Source: an uncultured Candidatus Rokubacteria bacterium (lineage in GTDB: Bacteria; Methylomirabilota; Methylomirabilia; Rokubacteriales; CSP1-6). Taken from it: DNA of 64,000 nt. The DNA lies in assembly GCA_963754315.1 (NCBI GenBank), contig CAVWFS010000006.1, positions 96,001-160,000 of the forward strand, written 5' to 3'. Shown here one piece after another: positions 20,527-30,148 of the stretch; position 1 is the stretch's first letter; every line of letters begins with the position of its first letter. Below the pieces are notes generated by a model. That model made no database searches, was not told the origin of the DNA, and saw only the letters and a program-made list of their open reading frames with translations. The translations under genes and the position numbers were made by a program.

Positions 20527-21689
20527 GGCGCGACTCGCCGGGCCGGGTGCTCGAGCCTTTGGACCGGGACGGACTGGCCGGCCTTCTCGGACCGAAGCCG
20601 TCGATACAGGGTCTGAGTTGTCTGCACCATCGACCACGGGCTGAACTCCCGTTCCATCCTGTCTCGGCCGGCGGTGCCGAAGGAACGCCGGAGGGCCTGA
20701 TCGTCGAGGAGGCGCAGCACCCCCTCGTGCAGGGCTTGCGTCGTCGGCGCGCACACGAACCCGGTGGTGTCGTGGACGACGAGCTCACGATTGCCACCGG
20801 CGTCGGTCACCACGCACGGCAGCCCACTCAGCATGGCTTCCATCACGGCGTTGCAGAGACCTTCGCGGTCAGAGGTCAACAGGAAGACGTCGAAGGCGGA
20901 CAAGAGATCCCCGATATCGTCTCGTTCGCCCATCATGAGCACATGCTTTTGCAGGCCGAGGGCGGCGATGCGGGCACGCACCTGGTCTTCGAGCGGCCCG
21001 GTGCCGACGAGAACGAACACCGAGTCGGGGCGTTGCGCAGCGACTTCGCGGGCGACCTCGACGAACCGTAGATGATTTTTTGCGGTCACCACCCGGCCCA
21101 CCGTGCCTACCACGAGCGCGGTGGGGGACAGTCCTAAGGCCTGTCGAACCTCGCGGCGGTCATGGCGGAGGGGCAGTGACTCGACGCCATTCGGGATCAC
21201 CATGTGCTTCGCCGCCAGGTGAGGGGGCAAGTAGTCGACTGCGCGCCGGGAGTTGCAGATGACCGCGTCGGCCCAGCGGCTGACGAGGCTGTTGACGAAC
21301 CTCACCGGGGGGGCGAACTCGCCGTACTGGTCGGTACGTCGCGACGTGACCAGCGCGGGCACACGAGCCCATCGTCCGGCGATGAATCCATACACGGTAT
21401 CGGCGGGCAGGAACGTCTGGAGAATGTGCGGCGCGAACGCCGTGACCACCTTGTGAAGACGCCAGAGTCGACGCAGATCGAGGCGGCCTCGACGCGCGAG
21501 CTCGGTGACGGGAAAGCCCAGCTGGCGGATCGAAGCGGCCAGGACTCCCCCGCCGGCGAGGGCCACGACGGCGGCGTCGAATTCCTGGCGGTCCAGATGC
21601 TGGAGGAGCAAGCACAGCTGACGCTCGGCCCCCCCTCGCGTCAGATCACTGATGACGTACAGAATCCGCGTCGGCCGGCCTTGGGTCAT
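20523..21689 (-). CDS. Glycosyltransferase family 4
   Basis: GGAERQL, VIPNGV, VGRVVTAKN, EGLCNAVMEAM..PCVVTDAGGNRE. Confidence 0.95.
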   Translation of the reverse strand: MTQGRPTRILYVISDLTRGGAERQLCLLLQHLDRQEFDAAVVALAGGGVLAASIRQLGFPVTELARRGRLDLRRLWRLHKVVTAFAPHILQTFLPADTVYGFIAGRWARVPALVTSRRTDQYGEFAPPVRFVNSLVSRWADAVICNSRRAVDYLPPHLAAKHMVIPNGVESLPLRHDRREVRQALGLSPTALVVGTVGRVVTAKNHLRFVEVAREVAAQRPDSVFVLVGTGPLEDQVRARIAALGLQKHVLMMGERDDIGDLLSAFDVFLLTSDREGLCNAVMEAMLSGLPCVVTDAGGNRELVVHDTTGFVCAPTTQALHEGVLRLLDDQALRRSFGTAGRDRMEREFSPWSMVQTTQTLYRRLRSEKAGQSVPVQRLEHPARRVAP

Positions 21690-22792
21690 CGCACGGTATG
21701 GTTCAGCGAGGAGGTGTACAGAGTCTGGAGCCTGGCCACCATCTGCTCAACGGTGAAGGATTGCTCGACACGTGCTCGCCCGGCCGCGCCCATCGCGCGC
21801 GCGCGTTCGGGATCCTTCAACAGAAGGACCAGGGCCTCTGCCAGGGCATCCGGGTCGCGCGGGGGAACGAGCAGACCGGTCTCGCCGGCCACGATGACTT
21901 CCTCGTTTCCGCCGACGTCGGTGGCGACCACGGGCAGGCCGGCTGCCATCGCTTCCAGCAGCGCGTTTGACATGCCCTCGACGTGCGAAGGTAGCGCGAA
22001 GACCGACATCTCGGACAAGACGTCCGCGCCCTGCGCGACCAGACCGCGCAGGTCGACGCGGTCTGCGATGCCGAGGTTGTGGGCTTGGCGTGCCAACGCC
22101 GCGCGCTCCGGCCCGTCGCCCACGAGCAGGAAGCGCGCACCCGGAATCCGGTCGAGCACCAGCGGCGCCGCCGCGAGGAGGTCCGAGTGTCCTTTCCGGC
22201 TCTCGAGCCGCCCCAACGCACCCACGACGAGGTTGCTGGACATCGACGCGACCGGCACCCGCTTGAGGTCAATTCCATTCGGGATGACGACGATCTTGTC
22301 GAGCGGGCACCGCTCGACGGCGTGCACGTGGCGCCGGACGGCTTCGGCGGGAACGGTGACGTGCATGGCCAGCCGGTTGGCCAGGCGGGCGGCCAGACGC
22401 TTGTGCGCCTGCGGGTGGCGATCGAGACTGCGCTTGCTCACCATGACAACGGGCACTTTGGCCAGCCGGCCGGCGAGGGTCCCGACGAAGTTCGCCTCGA
22501 AGAGGTAACTGTGAAGAATTTGCACGCATCGGCGCTGTAGTTCGCGCGCCAGGCGAACGACAAAGCCAGCCAGGGCTGGACCCCGCAGCGAGCCGCGCTG
22601 CCGACCGTCGATGAGATCGATATGCAGAGCGTGCACCGGTAGCAAGGCCTCCGGTTGGCGGCGCGTGTCGAAGCAGTACAGCGATGGAGCAAACGCACAG
22701 CGGTCGAGGTGGCCGAGGACCTCGAGGAGGTGACGGGGCGTTCCGCCTACGCCCCACGTCGCGATCGCGTACATCACGGTGACCGGGGTCAT
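21686..22792 (-). CDS. Glycosyltransferase family 4 (first gene of operon)
   Basis: GVGGTPRHL, VIPNGID, GRLESRKG, EGMSNALLEAMA..PVVATDVGG; ATG 22792 (alternative GTG 22813). Confidence 0.95.
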   Translation of the reverse strand: MTPVTVMYAIATWGVGGTPRHLLEVLGHLDRCAFAPSLYCFDTRRQPEALLPVHALHIDLIDGRQRGSLRGPALAGFVVRLARELQRRCVQILHSYLFEANFVGTLAGRLAKVPVVMVSKRSLDRHPQAHKRLAARLANRLAMHVTVPAEAVRRHVHAVERCPLDKIVVIPNGIDLKRVPVASMSSNLVVGALGRLESRKGHSDLLAAAPLVLDRIPGARFLLVGDGPERAALARQAHNLGIADRVDLRGLVAQGADVLSEMSVFALPSHVEGMSNALLEAMAAGLPVVATDVGGNEEVIVAGETGLLVPPRDPDALAEALVLLLKDPERARAMGAAGRARVEQSFTVEQMVARLQTLYTSSLNHTVR

Positions 22793-22961
22793 ACCGCCTG
22801 GTGTTTCTCGCACCGGCTCCCGATCACTCGCGCCTGGCCGTGGATTGGTGCGCCGGGATTGACGCCGGGCCGTCGGCCGATACAGGCCGGCGTAGACGCC
22901 AGTAAATCGTCACTGGTACTGCTGGGCGTACCCATGCCTTCGTGTTGAGCCCCTTAGGGAA

Positions 22962-22977
22962 CGCAACGCCGATGCCA
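22962..22977 (-). promoter_or_regulatory. Sigma54 (-24/-12) promoter for the glycosyltransferase operon
   Basis: Minus strand TGGCATCGGCGTTGCG closely matches TGGCAC-N5-TTGCW with exact GG-N10-GC spacing, about 170 bp upstream of the first GT. Confidence 0.7.
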
Positions 22978-23229
22978 GCCAACACCGGTCAGATCGGCCA
23001 ACGGCTTTCTCCATGAAAAAGCCAGAATCGATCGAGATGAAGCCTACTTCGACGGGTTGACGGGGCTGCGGCACTGGCAGGCTTTTCCCTCGCGGAAGTG
23101 CGCGGAAAGTGAGGGGGTTACAATCTGGGAACCCGACCACACATAGTAGAACTTTTCCCTAGCTTCTTGGCGAAGAGCCGTAATTGTCGTGACATACTGG
23201 CCGGGCTAATCGCCCGGTTGATCGCCCAA

Positions 23230-25122
23230 CTATGGCACCCGGTAGATGACCGTCAAGAGGGCTGCCCGGTCCGGCTCGTCGTCGAAGGCACCCACGCTCC
23301 GCCGGCTGGTCGAGCCGTTGTCGGCGATGAAGATCGTCAGAGCGTTACCGGGGCCCCAGTGGGCCCGGGACACGATCTCCGCCACGACCGGGCTCAGGTC
23401 CGGACTGGGGCTGTATTCCCGGATCGGCCACGGCTCCGGCACGTCGTCGACGAACGAGGTGGTCTTCAGCCGCTCGCTGAGGTCACCCGGGTCGGCGGTG
23501 ATGGGTGAAGAGTTGTCCGCGGCTTCCCCGAGATACCGGATCTTGATCGGATACCCCGAATCTGGCCGAGTCGCCATGATGTGCAACGCGGCAGAGTCGA
23601 TGGTGGCCCCGCGAGGAATTGTCACGCCCGAGAAGCGAAAGGCGACCAAGTTGTCCTTGTGGCCCACGGTAACGAACGACTCTTTGGTGACCACTACTGT
23701 GGTGCGGGCCTCGCGGCCATCGTCCTCGGGAGCGGCGACGGTGAACTGGTCGGTGTGAGTGCCACCGGCTGCCGCCGCGATGTCTAACACGACCGGAATC
23801 GACGCCACCAGTTCTGGGTCGTGACGGCCCTCGATGAGGATCGTGCCGAGGTGGCGACCGACCGGAAGCCCGCCGATGGCGACCTTGACGCGGATCGCTG
23901 ACGGTGTTTTTCCCGCCGACGGCGTTGCCGCGAGCCACGAATCTCCTCCGGTCGTGGTGGTGCTGGCCCTCCACGGCACGCCGTCCGGCTCTTGATCGCC
24001 GATGGTGAGAGTCTGGGGAGGGGGATTCGGTCCGCCTTGGATCGCCTGAAAGATGATCCCGTCGGGGACGGCGGAGATCTTGAGGTGTGTGGGAGGTGTC
24101 AGGCGGCACTCCGGCACGGCGATCTTCGCCAGGAGTTTCTGATCGACGCCGTCGAGGGGCCGCACTCCCGCTCCGGCAAGGGCCAGGCCGGCGGCCGCGC
24201 AGGCATCGTGCGTCTCGACGGCGGGGGAAGCAAAGGGAGCGGACTCGGTGCCCTGGTCGTTAACGTCGCCGAGGCCAGGCGAGAGGTTTCCCGCAACGTA
24301 GGCGCGAGCCGACGTTACCGTTAACGGCCGGCGGCCGGCGGGCGCGGTGTAGAAGTTGTTGACCACGTTCGTCCACGGGCCGTACCACACGACCGACCCA
24401 TAGCCCGTGCCCCAATTGGCGATCACATTGTTGCGGATGTCAGCGGTGACGTCGGTGGCCACCGCGGTGGTGCTGTCGTCGATTCGAATCTGCGGACTCC
24501 GCTGCGCGCTCCCGCCGAAGACATTGTGATGCAGAGTCACCCGGGAGGCGTTGTACTTCACCAGCATGTTCTTGTCGTTCATGCCAATGATGCTCCACGA
24601 TACGGTGACGTCGTGCGATTCGGTGATGTCGATGTTGCCGTCACGGGAACCGGCCACCGACACGTGGTCGATCACGACGTTGTAGGCGCCCGAGGCGACT
24701 TGAATGCCGTCGATGTCGGCGTCGCGGATCCGGATCCCGCGGACAATGACATCGTGGGCGCCTCTGTTCCCCCGGATGATCAGACCGTAATTCGCCAGCG
24801 TGATGCCGGGCGCGCGTGCGGTGAACCCATCGATGGTGATGTTGGCGCCGGTGACATACAGATACGTGCTCAGCTCGATCCGGCCCGCCACATCGAAGAC
24901 GACGATGCGGTTTCCTTGGCTCACCGCCTCTCGAAGACTGCCGGGGCCGGAATCGCTGAGGGTGGTGACCCGCACCACCGTCCCCCCGGCGCCGCCAGGG
25001 GTGGTGGCGCCGAAGCCCTGATAAGCGCCGGGCTGGGATTCACTGACCCCCGGAAGGGCCAGGGTGACCGCGAGAATGATGAGCGCTGCCGTCCGCGGAC
25101 CACAGAACCATGACGCATGCAT
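23230..25122 (-). CDS. Secreted pectate-lyase-like (PL1 beta-helix) protein with BACON/Ig-like and C-terminal DNRLRE/CBM-like domains
   Basis: Signal peptide; GFGATTPGG..VTTLSDSGPGSLREA, NVVIDH, DGNIDI, VTLHHN, QRSPQIR; FQAIQGGPNPPPQTLTI..W..WL; FRFSGVTIPRGATIDSAAL. Confidence 0.85.
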   Translation of the reverse strand: MHASWFCGPRTAALIILAVTLALPGVSESQPGAYQGFGATTPGGAGGTVVRVTTLSDSGPGSLREAVSQGNRIVVFDVAGRIELSTYLYVTGANITIDGFTARAPGITLANYGLIIRGNRGAHDVIVRGIRIRDADIDGIQVASGAYNVVIDHVSVAGSRDGNIDITESHDVTVSWSIIGMNDKNMLVKYNASRVTLHHNVFGGSAQRSPQIRIDDSTTAVATDVTADIRNNVIANWGTGYGSVVWYGPWTNVVNNFYTAPAGRRPLTVTSARAYVAGNLSPGLGDVNDQGTESAPFASPAVETHDACAAAGLALAGAGVRPLDGVDQKLLAKIAVPECRLTPPTHLKISAVPDGIIFQAIQGGPNPPPQTLTIGDQEPDGVPWRASTTTTGGDSWLAATPSAGKTPSAIRVKVAIGGLPVGRHLGTILIEGRHDPELVASIPVVLDIAAAAGGTHTDQFTVAAPEDDGREARTTVVVTKESFVTVGHKDNLVAFRFSGVTIPRGATIDSAALHIMATRPDSGYPIKIRYLGEAADNSSPITADPGDLSERLKTTSFVDDVPEPWPIREYSPSPDLSPVVAEIVSRAHWGPGNALTIFIADNGSTSRRSVGAFDDEPDRAALLTVIYRVP

Positions 25123-25490
25123 GTTTCCCCTCACGCCGAGCGATCCGGCCACAAAGCTAGTTCCCGAGCGTTATCAAGAAACCGGACCTCATGGCCGGTA
25201 GAGTAGCGTCAAGGTCCATCGACGGTCATGACATCTGAATGACGATCATAGGCTTGTACGATAGAAAATGGGAGAGTGAAAAATGTTCACACAGTGGTAT
25301 CTGCTCGCGATTTTTGCTTAATAACAGTATGTACGGAGCGCATAGTAAAAAGTACAATCATTGTAAAGGCTGCAACACCAGCGACATTATGTCCATTTGC
25401 CTCTAGTAATGGCCTCGAGATGAGGATGTACCCAAAAGTTCACAAGTAGGCACTTGACACCACCATATATGACTGCTCTAGAGTGACACG

Positions 25491-26711
25491 GTGGCCGCTC
25501 GCTTTCGCAGAGAGTCTGTGGTGAACGACCCATTTGCCCGGCGATTGCTGGCGACTATCCCCGAGGGACGGGAGTGTCTCGTTTCCTCCCCTCGTGTCAG
25601 TGATGGGCAGAGCGGCACTCCACCCCTGAGGCTCCTGCTGAGCGTCACCCCCGAGATGGCGGCCGTCCGTGCGCTGATCGAGTGTGTGGCGCCCGTCGAT
25701 GTCACCGTGCTTGTGTGGGGCGAGAGCGGTGTGGGTAAAGAACTGGTGGCCAGAGCACTCCACACGGGTTCGTCGCGACAGGCCGGGCCGTTCTTGAAGG
25801 TCAACTGCGCGGCCTTGCCCCTCGAACTTCTGGAGAGCGAGTTGTTCGGCTATGAGCGGGGCGCTTTCACCGGGGCCACCCGGCCAAAGCCCGGCAAGTT
25901 CGACCTCGCCCACGCCGGCACCATCCTTCTCGACGAGATTGCTGAGATCCCGCTCCCCGTGCAGGCGAAGCTGCTCCAGGTCCTTCAGGACGGCGAGTTC
26001 TCGCGGCTAGGGGGCCAGAACGACGTCCGCGTCGATGTGCGAGTGATCGCCGCCACCAACAGCGATCTGCGCCAGCTCGTCGAGCAGGGCCGCTTTCGTG
26101 CCGATCTGTACTATCGGCTGAGCATGATGGCTATCCACGTACCGCCTCTCCGGGAGCGGCGCGAGGAGATCCCGCTCCTGGCCCGGCGCTTTCTGGGCGA
26201 CTTCGCTCGCCTGTATGGCCGGAGCGTGCCGACCCTCACCGAGGCGACCCTTGAGCGTTTTCAACGCTATTCGTGGCCGGGAAACGTGCGGGAACTGGAG
26301 AACACGGTCAGGAAGATCGTGATCCTGGGGAGCGACGGATTTGTCGCCACCGAGCTGCGCATGCGAACGGCGGATCCGGGGAAAGAAGACCGCCAAGACG
26401 GCGGCAGCGAGCTCCAAGCCAAGGGGCCGGAGCGAATCGCCCCGGGGACACCTCCGGTGAGCGACTCCACGCCCGCCGACCCGCCCGCAATGGCGAAGAC
26501 GGTCCCGCTATGGCAGCAGGGGATGGGTTTGCGCGAGGTCGTGCGACGCGCGTCCGAAGAAGCCGAGCGGGCCACGCTTCATGAGGTCCTCGATCACGTC
26601 CATTGGAATCGGCTCGAAGCAGCACGCCGGCTTCAGGTGAGTTACAAGACACTCCTGGGCAAGATGAAGGTATACGGCCTCGGCTGGGTCAACGCCCGCG
26701 CGAATGAGTGA
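25491..26711 (+). CDS. Sigma54-dependent transcriptional activator (AAA+ plus Fis HTH), no evident receiver domain; start uncertain
   Basis: GESGVGKE Walker A, ESELFGYERGAFTGA, LLDEI, FRADLYYRL, WPGNVREL, WNRLEAARRLQVSYKTL. Confidence 0.95.
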   Translation: MAARFRRESVVNDPFARRLLATIPEGRECLVSSPRVSDGQSGTPPLRLLLSVTPEMAAVRALIECVAPVDVTVLVWGESGVGKELVARALHTGSSRQAGPFLKVNCAALPLELLESELFGYERGAFTGATRPKPGKFDLAHAGTILLDEIAEIPLPVQAKLLQVLQDGEFSRLGGQNDVRVDVRVIAATNSDLRQLVEQGRFRADLYYRLSMMAIHVPPLRERREEIPLLARRFLGDFARLYGRSVPTLTEATLERFQRYSWPGNVRELENTVRKIVILGSDGFVATELRMRTADPGKEDRQDGGSELQAKGPERIAPGTPPVSDSTPADPPAMAKTVPLWQQGMGLREVVRRASEEAERATLHEVLDHVHWNRLEAARRLQVSYKTLLGKMKVYGLGWVNARANE

Positions 26712-26874
26712 TTCTCGAGGGCCGTTAGTCGGAGCGTAGCTCCAGGCCGTTCCCCCTTCCTCACGCTTCACCGCTTTCATCGTCCCCATTGGTCCACTCA
26801 TAGGCGATGACAGTTGTATGGGCGCCGCGCACTGGGCGAGGCGCATAGCGGCGACAAAGGGACGCGCATAGCGT

Positions 26875-27444
26875 CTAGTAGGGGTGCCTGTCCTTCTTGT
26901 TCTCCCAGGCCCGGTAGGCGGCCAGGCAGGTCTCCCGCTCGAAGTTGGGCACTATGGCAATGTTCTTCCGCTGCTCCCACGAGAGCTTGAAATCCTCGTA
27001 CTGGAAGGCGTCGTCGAAGCCGATCTTGCTCGTGTCCTCCAGGCTGCCCCCGAAGTATACGCGGTCGATCCGAGCCCAGTAGATGGCGCTCATGCACATC
27101 GGACAGGGGGCGCCGTTGATGTAGATTTCGCATCCCTTGAGCATCTTCGCCCGCTCCGGCACCGGGTCGGGCGAGCCCGCCGGGCGCGGAATCATCTCGA
27201 GAATGGTCCCCGCATAGTAGTCACTGCCGAGGAGGGCCTTGGGATTCAGGCGGGCGGAGGCATCCATGATGGCGGTGATCTCCGCGTGAAACACCGGAAT
27301 CCCGGTGAGCAGGACGCGGTTCTGACCTCGGCCGATGATCTCACCGTCCTTCACGATGACGGCCCCGAATGGACCGCCCCATCCCTTCTCGACCGACTCG
27401 ATGGCGAGCCTCGTCGCCTCTGCCGCGAACTTCTTTCTGTCCAT
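26875..27444 (-). CDS. Nucleoside/guanine deaminase (CDA fold)
   Basis: GGPFGAVIVKDG, HAE, PCPMCMSAIYWARI, GFDD; SD AAGGAG. Confidence 0.9.
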   Translation of the reverse strand: MDRKKFAAEATRLAIESVEKGWGGPFGAVIVKDGEIIGRGQNRVLLTGIPVFHAEITAIMDASARLNPKALLGSDYYAGTILEMIPRPAGSPDPVPERAKMLKGCEIYINGAPCPMCMSAIYWARIDRVYFGGSLEDTSKIGFDDAFQYEDFKLSWEQRKNIAIVPNFERETCLAAYRAWENKKDRHPY

Positions 27445-27527
27445 GATTGCCCTCTCCTTGTGCGGGTCCACGGCCGGAAGCCCGGATTCCCATTCGGGTT
27501 GGCGTCACGCCAACCCTGCCGAACGAA

Positions 27528-28502
27528 TCAGCGAATCGCCAGGAAGATAGCGATGGCCAACGCGTATCCGGCCAGGATTATCCCGATGCCGCCCAGTTCC
27601 ACCAGCCGCCCCCGGGCACCGGTCGGAGTCAGCCAGAAGCCGAAAGCGCGATTCGCGGGCGGCATGAGGAGCCAGGTAAGAAACGCCACGCTCGCCATGT
27701 TGCCGATGAACATTGACACCGCGAAGGGCAGGGCTGTGAGTCGGGGCGAGAGGACGAGGCCCAGGATCATGACGGTCGGATAGAGCACAAGCAGGACGAT
27801 CATGGCCTGCTTCCAGTCGGGCGGCAGGCCCGACTGGCCAGGGCGGGCCGAGCCCGCTCCGAACCACCCCGGGAAGGCTCCGCTGAAGCTCTCGACGCGC
27901 GCCTCGTCCCAGAGACGGGCCGCCTCGTCGAGCAGCCGCCGACGGACATCTGACGAGAGCCATCCCTGGAGATGCTGGGCCGAGTCGAACCGTATGACGA
28001 CCACCCACTCCTCCTGCACACCAGCAATGGGTGGGAAGATCTCGTTGCCGAGAAATCCGGGGAAGCGCGCGGCTTCGGCATCGATGCGGTTCTGCCACGC
28101 CTTGTATTCTTGCTCCTGACCGGGCTTCACCCGCGTGGACACCACCATACCGGATGCGCTGGCAGGCGCCCCACGCTCGGCCACCACGTGCTGTCGCGCA
28201 TCGCCGGCGAAAAGCGAGTGGCTCTGCGCGAGCAAGGCACGGCGCGTGTCAGAGCCGAGCCAGGCGTCGAGGTGCGGGATCGAGTCGAAGCGGAAGATCA
28301 CCACGTAGTCGTCCTGGACGCCGTGGACGGGCGGGACGACCTCGAGCGCCACGAAACCAGGGAAGGTCCGGCATTGATCGTTGATCTGCGTTTGCCAGCG
28401 CAGATAGTCAGCCTCGCGGCCTGGTTGCACCCGCTGGGCGATGACCACGGTCGCGGAGACCGGGCCGGCGGCCGGTGCTGTCCTGCTGATCGTCTCGCTC
28501 AT
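27528..28502 (-). CDS. Tandem ABM (dimeric alpha-beta barrel) domain protein with C-terminal TM helices
   Basis: Two repeats RV.PG.E..Y..WQ..I......FPGF...E..PP..GVQ...VV..RFDS..HL..WL.SD.RR; hydrophobic PPDWKQAM tail. Confidence 0.8.
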   Translation of the reverse strand: MSETISRTAPAAGPVSATVVIAQRVQPGREADYLRWQTQINDQCRTFPGFVALEVVPPVHGVQDDYVVIFRFDSIPHLDAWLGSDTRRALLAQSHSLFAGDARQHVVAERGAPASASGMVVSTRVKPGQEQEYKAWQNRIDAEAARFPGFLGNEIFPPIAGVQEEWVVVIRFDSAQHLQGWLSSDVRRRLLDEAARLWDEARVESFSGAFPGWFGAGSARPGQSGLPPDWKQAMIVLLVLYPTVMILGLVLSPRLTALPFAVSMFIGNMASVAFLTWLLMPPANRAFGFWLTPTGARGRLVELGGIGIILAGYALAIAIFLAIR

Positions 28503-28634
28503 CGCTCCGCTCCCGCCCTGGGCCATCATATCTGAGTTCAGGGTGGGCTGCCGCCGTCGCGGAGAGGCGCCTGGCATATCGCACGGATCGCCCAAGTTGA
28601 CCGGTCGACACCTGGTTCAGTAGATTCCGGAGCG

Positions 28635-30056
28635 GTGATTCGCTCTCGGCTCGTCGGCGGCTGGACCGGGCGCCCTGCGGGAAGGAGGTCCGGTCGGGCA
28701 GGAGCGGCCCTCCTGGCGGTTGCCGCATGGCTCGCGCTCGTTGCCCCATCGACTGCCTGGAGTGCCGACGACCCGCCGGGGCCTACCAAGACCCCTCCCG
28801 TCAATTCCTCGGCCATTGGTTTTGAGGCCGTACGGCAGAGCCTCGGCGGATCTACCGAGGGCATTAGCGCCAACCCCGGAGCCGTGAACGTGCTGACCGG
28901 GACGGGGCTTCTCGGTCGACTCCTCGGTTTTGGACCCGACTCGGGCGTCCGCCTCGGTGGCCTCTGGATCGGCGATGCCAATTATCTGTTCGCCGGGGGC
29001 GCCGACCCTCGAACGTGGAGCTTCAACAGCCTGCTCCTCGTGGATCTGAGCCTCGACCTCGAGAAGCTCCTGGGCATTCCCGGCGCCCAGTTCGGCGTCG
29101 AGTTCCTCCAGTTCAACGGCCAAGACACGAACGGCCAGGCTGGCGTCGTTGCCGGCTACAACAGCCTGCCGGGCCCGCCGCCGCTGGATCGCAGCGAACT
29201 CTACGAGCTCTGGTGGCGGCAACGGCTCTTCGACGACAAGCTCATCGTCCGCATCGGCAAGACGGTGCCGACATTCGACTTCAACAACGTGGTACGGCCG
29301 CTGAGCCTGCAGGACGACACCCTGGCCATTCCTGCCGTTTCGTCCCTGATCTACACGCCCCTCTTCAAGAACCCGACCCTGCTGGGTTCGATGCCCGGCT
29401 ACTACAATTCCGCTTACGGCATCACGGTCACGGTGGTCCCCACGCCAACGCTCTACCTGTCGGCGGGAGCCTACGACGGCAACCTCGCGCGCGGGGTACA
29501 GACCGGCCTCAACGCGACGCCAGAGTTCAACGGGTACTACTTCACCATCGGCGAGGTCGGCTATGCGTGGCGTGTGGGGTCCCACGGGATGCCAGGTACC
29601 TTGGCCGTGGGAGGTTGGGCGCAGACGGGGCGGTTGACCGCGAACAATGTTACCGAGACCGGTGCCCACGGCTTCTACACGTTTGGAAGCCAGCGGCTCT
29701 GGGTGCGCAATCCCGGCGTGGACTCGAGCGGCATCACCGGCTTCTTTCAGTTCGGCGTCAACGACTCCGATACGCTGCCCGTCAACGAGTACCTCGGCGT
29801 GGGCTTGACCGGCTTCGGTCTGGTTCCCGGACGACCAAAGGACTCCGTGGGAGCGGGTGTCGCCGTGTCCTGGCTGAACCGAAAGCCCAATCCGGGCTTC
29901 CGGGACAACGAGATCATGCTCGCCGCCTACTACCAGCTTCACCTGATCGGTGACATCTACCTGCAGCCGACCGTGACCTACATTCCGACTCCCGGACAGA
30001 GTCGGAGCTTCTCGCCTGCCACCGCGATCACCCTGAACGCCACCATTCTGTTTTGA
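28635..30056 (+). CDS. OprB-family carbohydrate-selective porin
   Basis: Signal peptide; LYELWWRQRLFDDKL..RIGK, GRPKDSVGAG, E...AYYQ..YLQP..TYI..PG, terminal Phe. Confidence 0.88.
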   Translation: MIRSRLVGGWTGRPAGRRSGRAGAALLAVAAWLALVAPSTAWSADDPPGPTKTPPVNSSAIGFEAVRQSLGGSTEGISANPGAVNVLTGTGLLGRLLGFGPDSGVRLGGLWIGDANYLFAGGADPRTWSFNSLLLVDLSLDLEKLLGIPGAQFGVEFLQFNGQDTNGQAGVVAGYNSLPGPPPLDRSELYELWWRQRLFDDKLIVRIGKTVPTFDFNNVVRPLSLQDDTLAIPAVSSLIYTPLFKNPTLLGSMPGYYNSAYGITVTVVPTPTLYLSAGAYDGNLARGVQTGLNATPEFNGYYFTIGEVGYAWRVGSHGMPGTLAVGGWAQTGRLTANNVTETGAHGFYTFGSQRLWVRNPGVDSSGITGFFQFGVNDSDTLPVNEYLGVGLTGFGLVPGRPKDSVGAGVAVSWLNRKPNPGFRDNEIMLAAYYQLHLIGDIYLQPTVTYIPTPGQSRSFSPATAITLNATILF

Positions 30057-30148
30057 CGCGGGAACTCGCTCACCCTCGCCCTGGGGCGCGATAACCCCGG
30101 CGTAGCCTCTAGTGGACGGCCACCCCTGCGGCGAGGCATCCTGTTGGC

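Noticed and set aside
25275..25292. CRP/FNR box
   Set aside because: GTGA-N7-TCAC spacing is one base too long for the canonical N6 site
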